From contig JBCCQY010000029.1 in NCBI GenBank assembly GCA_039208735.1, forward strand, positions 10,522 to 74,521: a stretch of 64,000 bases of DNA, in the 5' to 3' direction. Positions 21,419 to 31,345 of the stretch are shown here, in pieces (the first letter of the stretch is position 1; each line of letters opens with the position of its first letter). The notes beneath the pieces are model-generated. The model had not been told where the DNA came from. It was given only the letters and a program-made list of their open reading frames with translations, and ran no database searches. This DNA comes from Myxococcota bacterium (GTDB lineage Bacteria; Myxococcota_A; UBA796; GCA-2862545). The position numbers and the translations under genes were made by a program.

Positions 21419-23101
21419 TCAGCGTCGGCTGCGGAACGCCTCCAGAAGCGCGGTTGTGCGCGGAGAGAGACCTCTCCCTGAGACGTCGAGTGCGGTCAGC
21501 GAACGGAGGTTGTGCGACTGGAGAATTTGACGCACTCCTTCATCTTCGAGCCGATTGCCTTCGAGGTCGAGTCGCTCGATGCGGCTCACACTGCGGGACG
21601 CGGCCAGATCGAAGGCGGATTCGACGGTGAGGCGCGTGCCGGCGAGGCCAAGAACGCGCACGTGGCTCAAGACCGGAGACGCTGCGATCGCACGCAGCCC
21701 TGCATCCTCGATGGGATTGTCGTCGAGCCAGAGCGCTTCGAGGCGCTGCACGAAGACCGATTGAGCCAGGCTTTCGGCTCCCCAGACTCCGATCCCGTTC
21801 GACGACAGGTCCAATGCGAGGAGCCCACCCAAGGCTTGGGATTCCATGAGGGCCGCGGTGCCTCGACTCCCGATTTGATTGCCCGCGATCGATAGGGTCT
21901 GGGGCCGGACGACCCGGGCTTTAGCAAGGGTCTCGGCTCCCGGGGGGCCGATGTGATTGCGGTCGATCCTAAGCGTTTCGAGCTTCCGCAAGACCTTGGA
22001 TCGCGCGAGAACTCGGGCTCCGCGGTCTCCCAGCCGCGTATCGGAGACGTCGAGATCCTGAATCCCGCTGAGGCCTTCGGAGCGGGCGAGGTGGCGCAAG
22101 CCCAAGGCGGTGAGGGGATTTCCCGTGAGCCGCAATCCGGTGAGGCGACGGAGGTGCATGGTCGAGGCCAGTGCTTCCGCCGCGTCGACGTCGATGGCGT
22201 TGCCGGCCAGATCGAGGGTGACGAGCCGACCGAGATAGGCGCCGCATCCGAGCGCCGCCACGCCCCGGGCGCCAATTTCGTTGTGACCGAGGTCGAGAAC
22301 CTGGAGTTCGCTGAACGAAGGCAGGCGGCCTAGCTGGAGCGCCCCCGCATCGCCCAGCTCGGTCCCCGCCAGACGCAAGGTTTGCAGCCAACGTCCCGGC
22401 CGGGTGGCCCGAAATGCCTCCACGATGTCCTCGGTCAGCGGGTTGTGGCTGATGTCGAGGTGACGCAGGCGCGCAAGGTTCGGGGAGGTCAACAGGGCCT
22501 CGACCCCCTCAGGCCCGATCTGGTTGTGCGACAGATCGAGCCACTCGATGTGTCGGGCGTGCGGACACGATGCAAGGAGTCGAACCGCACCGTCGGTGAG
22601 GTGGTTTCCGACAAGGTCCAACCGTCGAATCGGCGCGAGGGAACGATCACAGAGGGTGCGGACGCCTTCGCGGCCAATGATCTTGTGACGTAGGGAGAAT
22701 CCACGCAGCACTCGCCCTACCGGGTGTTCCGCGAGCCAGCGCAGGGCGGTGGGGCGTCGAGCCACCGCGTCGACCAGGAAGCCCGCCCTCCAGGTCGAGG
22801 TCCGAACATCGATCGTGCTCATTTCGTCGTGGGACAGGCCCAGCGGCGACAGCATGGCGGTTCGGGGATCGAGCCGACGTGCCTCGTCAAGCAACGCGCG
22901 GCGCACCGGCGCTTCGAGGGGGGGGCGGGCCAATGCCGCCTCGATGGCCACGAGCCGCCCACGGCAGTCTCCGTGGGCGGTCAGCCATGCCCCATAAGCC
23001 ATCCAAGCATCCACATCGTCAGGGCTGGCTCGGATCTGATCTTCCAGGTCTCCGCGTTCGTCGTTCGTCGCAGACTCGCTCGTCAGACGGTTGGACGTCA
23101 T
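21419..23101 (-). CDS. TIGR02996 domain + ribonuclease-inhibitor-like leucine-rich repeat protein
   Basis: LEDQIRASPDDVDAWMAYGAWL, followed by many 'L..LDLS.N.IG..G...L' repeats. Start set at MTSNR. Confidence 0.85.
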   Translation of the reverse strand: MTSNRLTSESATNDERGDLEDQIRASPDDVDAWMAYGAWLTAHGDCRGRLVAIEAALARPPLEAPVRRALLDEARRLDPRTAMLSPLGLSHDEMSTIDVRTSTWRAGFLVDAVARRPTALRWLAEHPVGRVLRGFSLRHKIIGREGVRTLCDRSLAPIRRLDLVGNHLTDGAVRLLASCPHARHIEWLDLSHNQIGPEGVEALLTSPNLARLRHLDISHNPLTEDIVEAFRATRPGRWLQTLRLAGTELGDAGALQLGRLPSFSELQVLDLGHNEIGARGVAALGCGAYLGRLVTLDLAGNAIDVDAAEALASTMHLRRLTGLRLTGNPLTALGLRHLARSEGLSGIQDLDVSDTRLGDRGARVLARSKVLRKLETLRIDRNHIGPPGAETLAKARVVRPQTLSIAGNQIGSRGTAALMESQALGGLLALDLSSNGIGVWGAESLAQSVFVQRLEALWLDDNPIEDAGLRAIAASPVLSHVRVLGLAGTRLTVESAFDLAASRSVSRIERLDLEGNRLEDEGVRQILQSHNLRSLTALDVSGRGLSPRTTALLEAFRSRR

Positions 23102-23227
23102 AGGGGGATGCACCGTCACGCTGTTGCTCCGCGTTCGAACTTCATGTCGGTGCGGCACCCTTGCGCTTTCACTCGAGCCCGGTTGGCCATCGCATCATTC
23201 GCTTGCGGGCGGCCACGGTCGGTCGAT

Positions 23228-24301
23228 ATGCTGGGGACCGTGGCCAGGTTTACATCATTTTGGACCTTCCGTGTCGCGGTCGGTATCCTCGCGTGCGGCA
23301 GTCTTGTCGCATGCGACACAGACTGGTCGTTCCTTTCCGACGACGAGCCTACGAAGAATCCACAAGACCACGTCGAGCCCGTTGTGGGCACGCTTGCTGG
23401 TCGGGTGTGTGGCCCGTCGGGGCAGCGCTGGGTGTCCGGTGCCAAGGTCGTGGTTCGAGACACCGAGCGCGAGACGCGGACCGACCCCTCGGGACGGTTC
23501 CAGTTTGAGGATCTCCAGACGGGACCCGTCGTGCTGGACGTCACGAAGGGCTCGTTTGCGACGGTGGTGCACGCCACGGTGACGCCGAACCCCATCGTCA
23601 CGACGGTCGACCCGAGCTGCCTTAGCGGCGACGTCCAGATTGCCGTGTTCGAGGGCCTCTACGACAGCATCGAGTTCCTGCTGGCCGATCTTGGACTGCA
23701 GTACGATCTGGTTCGAGCAGAGGATACCGCCGAGTGGCTGCGGAATCCCGAAAATCTCACCGCCTACGACATGCTGTTCTTCAATTGCGGGATGCGCCTC
23801 GATTGGCGGCTTTACCCCGAGATTGCGGTGCGGCTGCGGGAGTACGTCAAGCAAGGGGGCTCGATCTACGCCTCAGATCTTGCCTACCTCATCATCGAAG
23901 ATGCGTTTCCCGAGGCCATCGACTTCCACGGCCATGACAAAGAGCCGACCGACGTGCAGCGGGGCGTAGAGGGCGACTACACGGCTGCCGTGGTCGACCG
24001 CGACCTCCAAATCGCGTTGGGCGATAGCACCGCCCACATCCGCTACGACCTTCGAAATTGGACGATCGCCCGGCGTGCCGATGGGGGAGATGCGTTGCTT
24101 CGGGCCTCGGTCCTTGCTGCGCCGGACGATCCGACCGAAAAGCCTGTCCCCGTCGATAGTGTGCTGGCCGCTCGGGTTCGGGTGGGAGAGGGGAGCGTGG
24201 TGTTTACGTCGTTCCACAACGAAACGCAGACCAGCGCGAACGCCCAGCCCATCACGAGCGACATGCTCCGCATTCTCGAAGACATCATCCTGTCGCTCTG
24301 A
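23228..24301 (+). CDS. Lipoprotein with carboxypeptidase-regulatory-like domain and alpha/beta C-terminal domain
   Basis: Lipobox-like LVAC, 'GRV....GAKVVV...TRTDPSGRFQF', and a GATase-like 'YDMLFFNCG...YVKQGGSIYASD' segment. Confidence 0.65.
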   Translation: MLGTVARFTSFWTFRVAVGILACGSLVACDTDWSFLSDDEPTKNPQDHVEPVVGTLAGRVCGPSGQRWVSGAKVVVRDTERETRTDPSGRFQFEDLQTGPVVLDVTKGSFATVVHATVTPNPIVTTVDPSCLSGDVQIAVFEGLYDSIEFLLADLGLQYDLVRAEDTAEWLRNPENLTAYDMLFFNCGMRLDWRLYPEIAVRLREYVKQGGSIYASDLAYLIIEDAFPEAIDFHGHDKEPTDVQRGVEGDYTAAVVDRDLQIALGDSTAHIRYDLRNWTIARRADGGDALLRASVLAAPDDPTEKPVPVDSVLAARVRVGEGSVVFTSFHNETQTSANAQPITSDMLRILEDIILSL

Positions 24302-24388
24302 GTTGGCCCGAAGTTTGCAGCCCGCGAGCGGCAGGTGTTTCCGCCTCAGGGTGGATGTGGACCGGGGGAGCCGGTCCAGGGAGACTGC

Positions 24389-24541
24389 ATGGCCAGCGAA
24401 GTAGCGATCACGAAGGGTACCAGCATGATGTCGGCGTGGCTCCTCGGAGGTGGCGCATTGCTCGGTACGGGCGCGGTCGCCACGCTGCTGGGCTATCTGG
24501 CCCAGGTCGTGTGTGCGTGGGCCGGGGTGCCGCTCGGATGA
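24389..24541 (+). CDS. Possible small membrane protein
   Basis: 50-aa hydrophobic ORF with GGGAG RBS, directly upstream of ccmA. Confidence 0.3.
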   Translation: MASEVAITKGTSMMSAWLLGGGALLGTGAVATLLGYLAQVVCAWAGVPLG

Positions 24542-24572
24542 TCGAGCTGTCTGCTGGCCCAACGGAGGGCCG

Positions 24573-25265
24573 GTGAGCCAAGGATTGTCGGTCGAAGACG
24601 TGTCGCGCCGCTACGGGCGTCGATGGGCGCTTGCCCGGGTGACCCTTGAGATTCCTCCTGGGGACTCATGGATGCTGCTTGGTCCCAACGGGTCAGGCAA
24701 AAGTACGCTCATCAAGTGCTTGTCCACCCGCCTCAAAGTGCACCACGGGACCATCCGCCTCGGTGGCGAGGATCTATGGATGCATCGATCGAGGTTGCGG
24801 CGCCAGATCGCGGTACTGAGCCACGACTCCGCACTCTACGACGATCTCTCGAGTCGAGAGAATCTCGATGTGTGGGCACGGCTCGGGGCCTTTTCGCCCG
24901 ATCCGGTGTCGCTGTTGGAACGGGTGGGACTGGAGCCAGACCGTCCGGACCCCGTTCGCACGTACTCGGCAGGGATGCGCAAACGGTTGGCGCTCGCACG
25001 GGTCCTCCTCAAGCAACCTTCGATTCTCCTGCTCGATGAGCCGTTCACCGCGCTTGATCCGGCGGGCCGGGACCTCTTGGTGAGCGTCATTCGAGAACTT
25101 CAGGAAGGGGGCACCACGCTCATCATGGCCACCCACCTGCCTCGCGTGGCCCAACAAGTCTGTGCGAATGCGCTCGTGCTCGAGTCGGGCCAGCCCATCT
25201 ACCAGGGCCCGTCATCCGACGTGCCCGCTGATCGACTCGGAATGCAGGAGGCAAATCCATCATGA
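24573..25265 (+). CDS. ccmA: Heme ABC exporter ATP-binding subunit CcmA
   Basis: GPNGSGKST, YSAGMRKR and LLLDEP motifs. GTG start with GGAGG RBS. First gene of the ccm cluster. Confidence 0.9.
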   Translation: MSQGLSVEDVSRRYGRRWALARVTLEIPPGDSWMLLGPNGSGKSTLIKCLSTRLKVHHGTIRLGGEDLWMHRSRLRRQIAVLSHDSALYDDLSSRENLDVWARLGAFSPDPVSLLERVGLEPDRPDPVRTYSAGMRKRLALARVLLKQPSILLLDEPFTALDPAGRDLLVSVIRELQEGGTTLIMATHLPRVAQQVCANALVLESGQPIYQGPSSDVPADRLGMQEANPS

Positions 25266-25942
25266 CGCGCACGTTGCTCGGTCAGATCGGTCAGATGGTG
25301 CGCAAAGAGCTGCTCACGGAGTGGCGACAGCGTTCGCGGGTGTTGGGCATCTTCTTCTTTTCGTTGGCGGTGTTGCTGATGGTTGGCTTTGCGACCCCCA
25401 GCGCAAAGGCGCTCCAGGAGATTGCCGGCGGCACCCTGTGGCTCGCCCTGCTACTGGCCTCCACCCGTTCGCTCGACCAGTCCTATGCGGTCGAAAACGA
25501 ACATGGCGCGATGGACGGTCTGCTGCTTTGGCCCGTTGATCCGGTGGCGATCTACTATGGAAAGGCCATCGCCAACACGCTCATTCTCATCGTAGTGGCG
25601 AGTGCGACCCTGCCGATGCTGCTTGCGGTCTTCGACGCCGAGATCCGAGGGAATGTGTCGATGTTGGTGCCCATCGTCATCTTGGGTTGTGCGGCCCTCG
25701 CGGCTCCGGGAACCTTCTACGGGCTCATCACCTCCCAAGCGCGTGGCTCTTCGGTCATGCTCCCGCTGATGCTGTTCCCGCTGGTTGTCCCCGCGATTCT
25801 CGCTGCGGCAAATGCGACGACCAAGATCTTCGAAGGCGATCCAATGGGACAGGCCCCCGGTTGGCTCGGTATCCTGGTGGTGTTCAACGCCGTCCACTGG
25901 TCGCTGGCGGGCGCTCTGTACGGATGGTTTCTCGAAGACTGA
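25262..25942 (+). CDS. ccmB: Heme exporter permease CcmB
   Basis: 'KELLTEWRQR', 'E.EHGAMDGLLL', 'MLPLMLFPLVVP'; about 6 TM segments. Confidence 0.9.
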   Translation: MTRTLLGQIGQMVRKELLTEWRQRSRVLGIFFFSLAVLLMVGFATPSAKALQEIAGGTLWLALLLASTRSLDQSYAVENEHGAMDGLLLWPVDPVAIYYGKAIANTLILIVVASATLPMLLAVFDAEIRGNVSMLVPIVILGCAALAAPGTFYGLITSQARGSSVMLPLMLFPLVVPAILAAANATTKIFEGDPMGQAPGWLGILVVFNAVHWSLAGALYGWFLED

Positions 25943-25957
25943 TTGCGGGAGCGCCAA

Positions 25958-27151
25958 ATGTGGGGGATTGTCGGGTGGAGTTTGGCATGGGCACAACCCG
26001 CGACGGTCCTGGAGCCGCCCGCACCCGTCCTTTCGGATGTCGAAGCGACAACGGTGCCCGAGGCGCCTGAAACCGACCTCGAGCAGCGAGCGTTCTACGA
26101 GGCTGCGGCCCTGCTGCCGGCGGTGGCCCGCATCCCACGCGAACCGATCCCAGGTGCGGTCGACGAGCCGTTCCCGCTGTATCGGCCGGTCACGGACTGG
26201 GCCGAATGGGAGTCCGCACCTCGCGTGGTGGTCCTGCGGTCGGGCTGGGTGGCCCACGCTCCCGAGGTGATGGACGGGCTGGGCTACGACTCCGAGCCAA
26301 TCCGACGTGAGCTTGCCAAACGTGAGCGGCAGAGACGCTGGATGGTCCGATTGACCGGCCTAAGTCTGTTGGGAACGGTCGCCGCGGCCACGGTGCCGGA
26401 GCGGGGACGACGTCGTCCGTGGGTTGTCGGGTCCCTCGCACTGGCGGGCACCTCCCTGCTCACCGCCGTTGTGATTCAAGGCCAAGTCGACAGGCTCAAC
26501 GACCTGGAGTGGCACTTCGAACGCAAGGCGCTGTGGGACGACCTGCAGACCTACAACCAGCGCCTTGAAGAGGGGCTCGCCGCAGCGGCTCAGCAAACTG
26601 AAGCGGAGCGGGCGGCCGCCGAGTTTCGAGCGACCTACCGGGCCGCGCGGGTCACCCTCCACGAAGCCGACGTGACCCGTGGTTGGTATGCGACGGTCGG
26701 ATTGCAGTTGCACGCCCCCGAGCTGACACACCTCGCGCATCCGAGTGACCAGCGCGGTGTCGATCACCTCATCGCACGTCATGGCGGACGATGGATCGAC
26801 ACCCCCACCTTGCTCGAGACCCTCGGCGAGGACCCCTCGCAGCTCGAACGGCGCATTCGTCGAAAGCGCAACACGGGGCAGGTCTTCGTGGGTCTTGGCA
26901 CGATGGTCGCGTTCGTACCGTTGGCCCGACGATCCATCGCCCCCCAACGACCGGGTGCCGTCACCGCGGCGTCGATCGCAGCCAGCGCGGTGTCGTTTTA
27001 TTCCGCAACCCGCCTCTTTCGGAGTTCTCGGCGGGCCCGGTGGGATCTCGATGCCACGTGGTCCCGCGAACGCACCATCGAGCGCGTTGAGGCCTACAAC
27101 GCCGAGCTGCTGGGCGATCTCGAGCGCCGGGAGGTTGCCACGAACCCGTAA
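25958..27151 (+). CDS. Hypothetical membrane protein with internal duplication
   Basis: Signal-like N-terminus and two similar units, each with a TM hairpin (…LEWHFERKALWDDLQTYNQRL / …LDATWSRERTIERVEAYNAEL). Confidence 0.6.
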   Translation: MWGIVGWSLAWAQPATVLEPPAPVLSDVEATTVPEAPETDLEQRAFYEAAALLPAVARIPREPIPGAVDEPFPLYRPVTDWAEWESAPRVVVLRSGWVAHAPEVMDGLGYDSEPIRRELAKRERQRRWMVRLTGLSLLGTVAAATVPERGRRRPWVVGSLALAGTSLLTAVVIQGQVDRLNDLEWHFERKALWDDLQTYNQRLEEGLAAAAQQTEAERAAAEFRATYRAARVTLHEADVTRGWYATVGLQLHAPELTHLAHPSDQRGVDHLIARHGGRWIDTPTLLETLGEDPSQLERRIRRKRNTGQVFVGLGTMVAFVPLARRSIAPQRPGAVTAASIAASAVSFYSATRLFRSSRRARWDLDATWSRERTIERVEAYNAELLGDLERREVATNP

Positions 27152-27302
27152 ACATCAGGCTCCTATGACGTGCGACTGATTTGTCGCGATCTCGGCATCC
27201 GGATGGGGTAGCGCCGCCCCACAACGGAGGATTTCGGCCGAAAGACATCTGATTGCAATCGGATCTGACGGGTCGAACCCGTGGAGTCGGCCGTGCAACG
27301 GA

Positions 27303-28178
27303 TTGTCTCGGAGACGCGCGGGTTCCGGCGGTGGCACTGGTACGTTGATTGCACAGGCGGCCTGTCACACGGCGGCCGCGATACCGGCTTTGGCCGCAAC
27401 CCCCTGGAGGTGTGCCATCACCCTCGTTGGAATCGTCTTCTTCGTAGGTGTCGCCTATCTGATCGCGATGACGGTACCGTCGATCCGCCAAGCCATTCCC
27501 GTCGAGTGGGAGCACCCCATCGGGTTGTACGGCATCATTTTGATGCTGACGGGAACCGGTCTCGGACTGATCGTGTCTCCCGAAGAGCGGTTTATGGGCG
27601 ATGTGGGGCGAATCCTCCACGTCCATGTGCCGTCGGCCTGGGTGAGCATGCTCTGCTTCCTCGTGGCCTTCGTGTTCGCATTGAGCTTCTTGTTCACGGC
27701 CAAGCGCACCTGGGACTCCGCAATGGAGGCTGCGTGCGAGGTTGGAACCGTGCTCGGCATGCTTCTGCTCATCACGGGCGCCATCTTCAGCCGCCCCACA
27801 TTTGGCGTGTGGTGGAGCTGGGATCCGCGTCTCACCACGTCGGCGGCCATGGTGATGTCGTTCGTGGCGGTGTTGATGTTGCGGGGGCTGGTCAATGATC
27901 CGGATCGGCGGGCCACCTGGTCAGCCATTGTGACGATCATGGCCGCAGTCAATGTCCCGGTGACCTACATGTCGGTCAAATGGTGGCGTTCGCTCCACCA
28001 GATCCAGTCCGAGACCATGGGCGGGTCGGCCATCGACCCAACGATGCGCTGGATCATGTACTTCAATTCTGCCGCTTTGCTGTTCGTGGCCGTTTGGTTC
28101 ATTGCACAGCGCTGGCGGCTTGCCGAGGTTCGGGCCGAACAGGAAATGCCCGAGCCGCTGCCGGAGGTGGCGCTGTGA
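27303..28178 (+). CDS. ccmC: Heme exporter / cytochrome c assembly protein CcmC
   Basis: HVHVPSAW, the WWD motif GVWWSWDPRLT and WWRSLHQ. True start uncertain (possibly ATG 27468). Confidence 0.9.
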   Translation: MSRRRAGSGGGTGTLIAQAACHTAAAIPALAATPWRCAITLVGIVFFVGVAYLIAMTVPSIRQAIPVEWEHPIGLYGIILMLTGTGLGLIVSPEERFMGDVGRILHVHVPSAWVSMLCFLVAFVFALSFLFTAKRTWDSAMEAACEVGTVLGMLLLITGAIFSRPTFGVWWSWDPRLTTSAAMVMSFVAVLMLRGLVNDPDRRATWSAIVTIMAAVNVPVTYMSVKWWRSLHQIQSETMGGSAIDPTMRWIMYFNSAALLFVAVWFIAQRWRLAEVRAEQEMPEPLPEVAL

Positions 28179-28312
28179 TTCCGTTGGTGGCTCAGGGTGG
28201 GGTGATTTCGGGAGGCTGGGAGTACGTGATTCCGGCCTACCTCGCAACGTGGATTTTTGTCGGAGGTTACGCGGTGAGCCTCGTCCTTCGACGCCGGGAG
28301 CAGAACTCATGA
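28175..28312 (+). CDS. ccmD: CcmD-like small membrane protein
   Basis: 45-aa ORF (GGWEYVIPAYLATWIFVGGYAVSLVLRRR). Its GTG overlaps the ccmC stop and its stop overlaps the ccmE start. Confidence 0.7.
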   Translation: MIPLVAQGGVISGGWEYVIPAYLATWIFVGGYAVSLVLRRREQNS

Positions 28313-28764
28313 CCGATGCGATGCAGAAGCGACTGTTTGGGGTGGGTGCGGTGCTGGTAGCTGCCGGCGCACTGGCCTGGATCTCGATGTCGGACCTCGG
28401 TGAGAACTTGGTGTACTACTGGTCGCCGACCGAGCTGATGACGGCCGAAAATGCCCAGGACGCGACGGTGCGCCTGGGCGGCATGGTGGTGCCCGGCTCA
28501 CTCGAGCACGACACGACGAATGCCCACATCAGCTTCGATGTCACCGATGGCACCACGACCGTGCACGTCGAGAGCGAAGGCAATCCGCCGCAGATGTTCC
28601 GTGAAGGCATCGGCGTGGTGGTCGAGGGCAAGCTCGGGGCCGACCAAGACTTCGTCGCCGACAAAGTCATGGTCAAGCACAGCAACGAGTACGAGAAGCC
28701 CGACGGCGAGATCGACATGGAGAAAATGCAGCAGACGCTCGCCGAAGGTGAGGCTCGCCAGTGA
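28309..28764 (+). CDS. ccmE: Heme chaperone CcmE
   Basis: NLVYYWSPTE, VRLGGMV, FREG.GVVVEG and the heme-binding KHSNEY (HxxxY) motif. Confidence 0.95.
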   Translation: MTDAMQKRLFGVGAVLVAAGALAWISMSDLGENLVYYWSPTELMTAENAQDATVRLGGMVVPGSLEHDTTNAHISFDVTDGTTTVHVESEGNPPQMFREGIGVVVEGKLGADQDFVADKVMVKHSNEYEKPDGEIDMEKMQQTLAEGEARQ

Positions 28765-30788
28765 TTCCCGATTCAGTATCGGACTTTGGACGCCTGATCG
28801 TCCTGCTAAGCCTGTTCTTCGCCGCGATGGGATGCCTGGCTGGTGCTTGGGCCGGCTGGCGGAAGAACACGAAGGCCTGGGAACTCGCGCGCAACAGCGC
28901 CTATGGGTTTTCGGCCTCGATGATTCTTGCCAACTTGCTCATGGTGTACGCCCTCGTCACGCACGACTTCACAGTGTCGTACGTGGCCGAGGTCGGGTCC
29001 AAGCAAACGCCGCTGTACTTCACGATCGTGAGCCTATGGGCCAGCCTCAACGGCTCCATCCTGTTTTGGGGTGGGGTGTTGGGCGTCTACACGGGCCTGA
29101 TGGTGTTCTCGCTCGGCGACAAGTACCGCGAGTACACACCCTGGGCGCTGCATGTGCTCATGGGCGTGTCGATCTTCTTTGCGTTCCTCGTGGCGAGCAT
29201 CGCCAACCCGTTTGCCCCCACCGACCCCGAAACGCTTGCGATGATCGAGCGGATGGGCGACGGGCCGGGTCCGAACGCCCTCCTTCAAAACCACTGGCTC
29301 ATGGCCATCCATCCGCCCATGCTCTACCTCGGCTACGTCGGGATGAGTGTTCCGTTCAGCTTGATCTGCGCGGCGTTGTTGGCGGGCCGTCTCGAAGCAG
29401 GCTGGATGGTTCCCGTACGCCGGTGGATGCTCATTCCGTGGGGCTTCCTGTCGGTGGGCATCATCCTTGGTGGTTGGTGGTCGTACGCCGTGCTCGGTTG
29501 GGGCGGCGCATGGGCCTGGGACCCCGTCGAAAACGCGAGCTTCCACCCCTGGCTGACCGGTACGGCCTTCATTCATTCGGCCATGGTGCTGCAGCGCAAG
29601 GGCAAACTGCGGGATTGGACGCTCGTGCTCGGGCTGTCGACGTTCCTGCTCACGTTGCTCGGCACGTTCATGACGCGTTCAGGCGTGTTCAACTCGGTGC
29701 ACAGCTTTACGCAGTCTTCGATTGGGCCCGTCTTCCTTTACTTTATCGCGTTCACCTTCCTGTACTCGATCGTGCTGCTCTCGCTGCGTTCGCACGTCCT
29801 CGATGACGTGTCGCGGGCGAATGATGAGCGCCTCGGAAGCCGCCCTGACAATGCGGGTCTGCTGTCTCGCGAGACGTCGATCCTCATCCAGAACGCGACC
29901 TTCAGCGCCTTCACCTTCATGGTGCTGCTCGGCACGATCTACCCGTTGCTTGCAGAAGCGATCCAAGGCAAGCGCTTGTCGGTCGGCGAGCCCTACTTCG
30001 ACAAGTTCGCCCTGCCGTTGGGACTCCTGCTTGTCTTCTTGATGGGCATTGGCCCGGCGTTGCCTTGGGGCGGCATGCGGCCTGACCGGGCCCTGCGGCG
30101 CCTCACCGGTCCCGTCATCCTCGGCGTGCTCTTCGTCGTGGGATCGGCGGTGGGCGGCTTTGCCAAGCCCATGACCTTGTTGGCGATGTTCCTCATCGGA
30201 TTTGCGCTGTACACGAACGTCAATGAGTTTGTGGAGCCCGTGCGGGTGCGCATGAGCGCCAAGCCCGACGAGGGTTTCCTTGGGTCTGCGTGGAAGGTCT
30301 GGACGAAGGCACAGCGACGCTTCGGGGGCCACATCGCTCACTACGGTGTGTTGCTCGCCGTGTTCTCGCTGGCTCTGACCAAGGGCTACCGGACCGAGAG
30401 CGAGTTCAACCTCGACACGAACGAAGCGGCACAGTTTGCGGGCTACTCTTTCACCTTCATGGGGTCTGAGGCGATCAATGAGCCGCATCGCCTGTCCAAC
30501 ATCGCTTCGTTCGACGTCGAGGGCGTGGGGGTCTTGGCTCCGCGATTGAACAGCTACTACCAGGGCCGCATGGCGGGCCAGCCCATCTTCACGCCTGCCG
30601 TCCACAGCACGCCTACGCACGATCTGTACTTCTCGATCCTCCAGGTCTCGGAGGATGGGCAGAACATCATCGTGCGAGTCATCCACGAGCCGTTCCAGGT
30701 GTGGTTGTGGGTGTCGCTGTTCGTGATTGCGGGCGGCACGATCATCACGCTGTTACCGACCGCACGTCGGCGGGCGGGGGCAACGTGA
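28761..30788 (+). CDS. ccmF: Heme lyase CcmF
   Basis: IHPPMLYLGY, LGWGGAWAWDPVENAS and RSGVFNSVHSF motifs. Confidence 0.95.
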   Translation: MIPDSVSDFGRLIVLLSLFFAAMGCLAGAWAGWRKNTKAWELARNSAYGFSASMILANLLMVYALVTHDFTVSYVAEVGSKQTPLYFTIVSLWASLNGSILFWGGVLGVYTGLMVFSLGDKYREYTPWALHVLMGVSIFFAFLVASIANPFAPTDPETLAMIERMGDGPGPNALLQNHWLMAIHPPMLYLGYVGMSVPFSLICAALLAGRLEAGWMVPVRRWMLIPWGFLSVGIILGGWWSYAVLGWGGAWAWDPVENASFHPWLTGTAFIHSAMVLQRKGKLRDWTLVLGLSTFLLTLLGTFMTRSGVFNSVHSFTQSSIGPVFLYFIAFTFLYSIVLLSLRSHVLDDVSRANDERLGSRPDNAGLLSRETSILIQNATFSAFTFMVLLGTIYPLLAEAIQGKRLSVGEPYFDKFALPLGLLLVFLMGIGPALPWGGMRPDRALRRLTGPVILGVLFVVGSAVGGFAKPMTLLAMFLIGFALYTNVNEFVEPVRVRMSAKPDEGFLGSAWKVWTKAQRRFGGHIAHYGVLLAVFSLALTKGYRTESEFNLDTNEAAQFAGYSFTFMGSEAINEPHRLSNIASFDVEGVGVLAPRLNSYYQGRMAGQPIFTPAVHSTPTHDLYFSILQVSEDGQNIIVRVIHEPFQVWLWVSLFVIAGGTIITLLPTARRRAGAT

Positions 30789-31345
30789 ATCGGGTGAATT
30801 GGCCCATTCTGGGCATTGGGGTCGCGGTCACCGCAGTCCTTGTGCTGATCTTGAACAGTGGCTTTGGTGTCGACCCGAAGGCGTTGCCTGACGCGTTGAC
30901 CGGCAAGGATGCCCCTACGTTCAAGCTCGTCGACCTCAATGGCAAGGAATGGTCCCAGAAAGAACTCGAGGGTCGGCCGGTCTTCGTCAACTTCTGGTCG
31001 ACGTGGTGTGGCCCCTGCAAAATGGAGCATCCCATGCTCCTTCAGGCGGCGCGCCGCTACCCTGACGTTCAGTTCGTGGGCATCATCTACAGCGACGACA
31101 ACAACAAGGTTCGCTTTCAGATGCGCTCACCGCCCTACGATCAGCTCATGGACGCGCTCGTGACCTCGGGCGTGGCTTACCCGAACCTCGACGATTCGAC
31201 CGGTTTGGCCGCACTGGACTACGGCGTAGGTGGGGTTCCCGAGTCCTTCTTCATCGACCGATCGGGCCGCATCACGCACAAAGAAGTCGGGCCGTTGACG
31301 GCGCAGAAGCTTACCGAACAACTCGACCGGATCATGGCCAAATGA
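30785..31345 (+). CDS. ccmG: Thiol:disulfide oxidoreductase CcmG/DsbE (TlpA family)
   Basis: N-terminal TM, NFWSTWCGPC and GVPESFFID. GTG overlaps the ccmF stop. Confidence 0.85.
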   Translation: MNRVNWPILGIGVAVTAVLVLILNSGFGVDPKALPDALTGKDAPTFKLVDLNGKEWSQKELEGRPVFVNFWSTWCGPCKMEHPMLLQAARRYPDVQFVGIIYSDDNNKVRFQMRSPPYDQLMDALVTSGVAYPNLDDSTGLAALDYGVGGVPESFFIDRSGRITHKEVGPLTAQKLTEQLDRIMAK

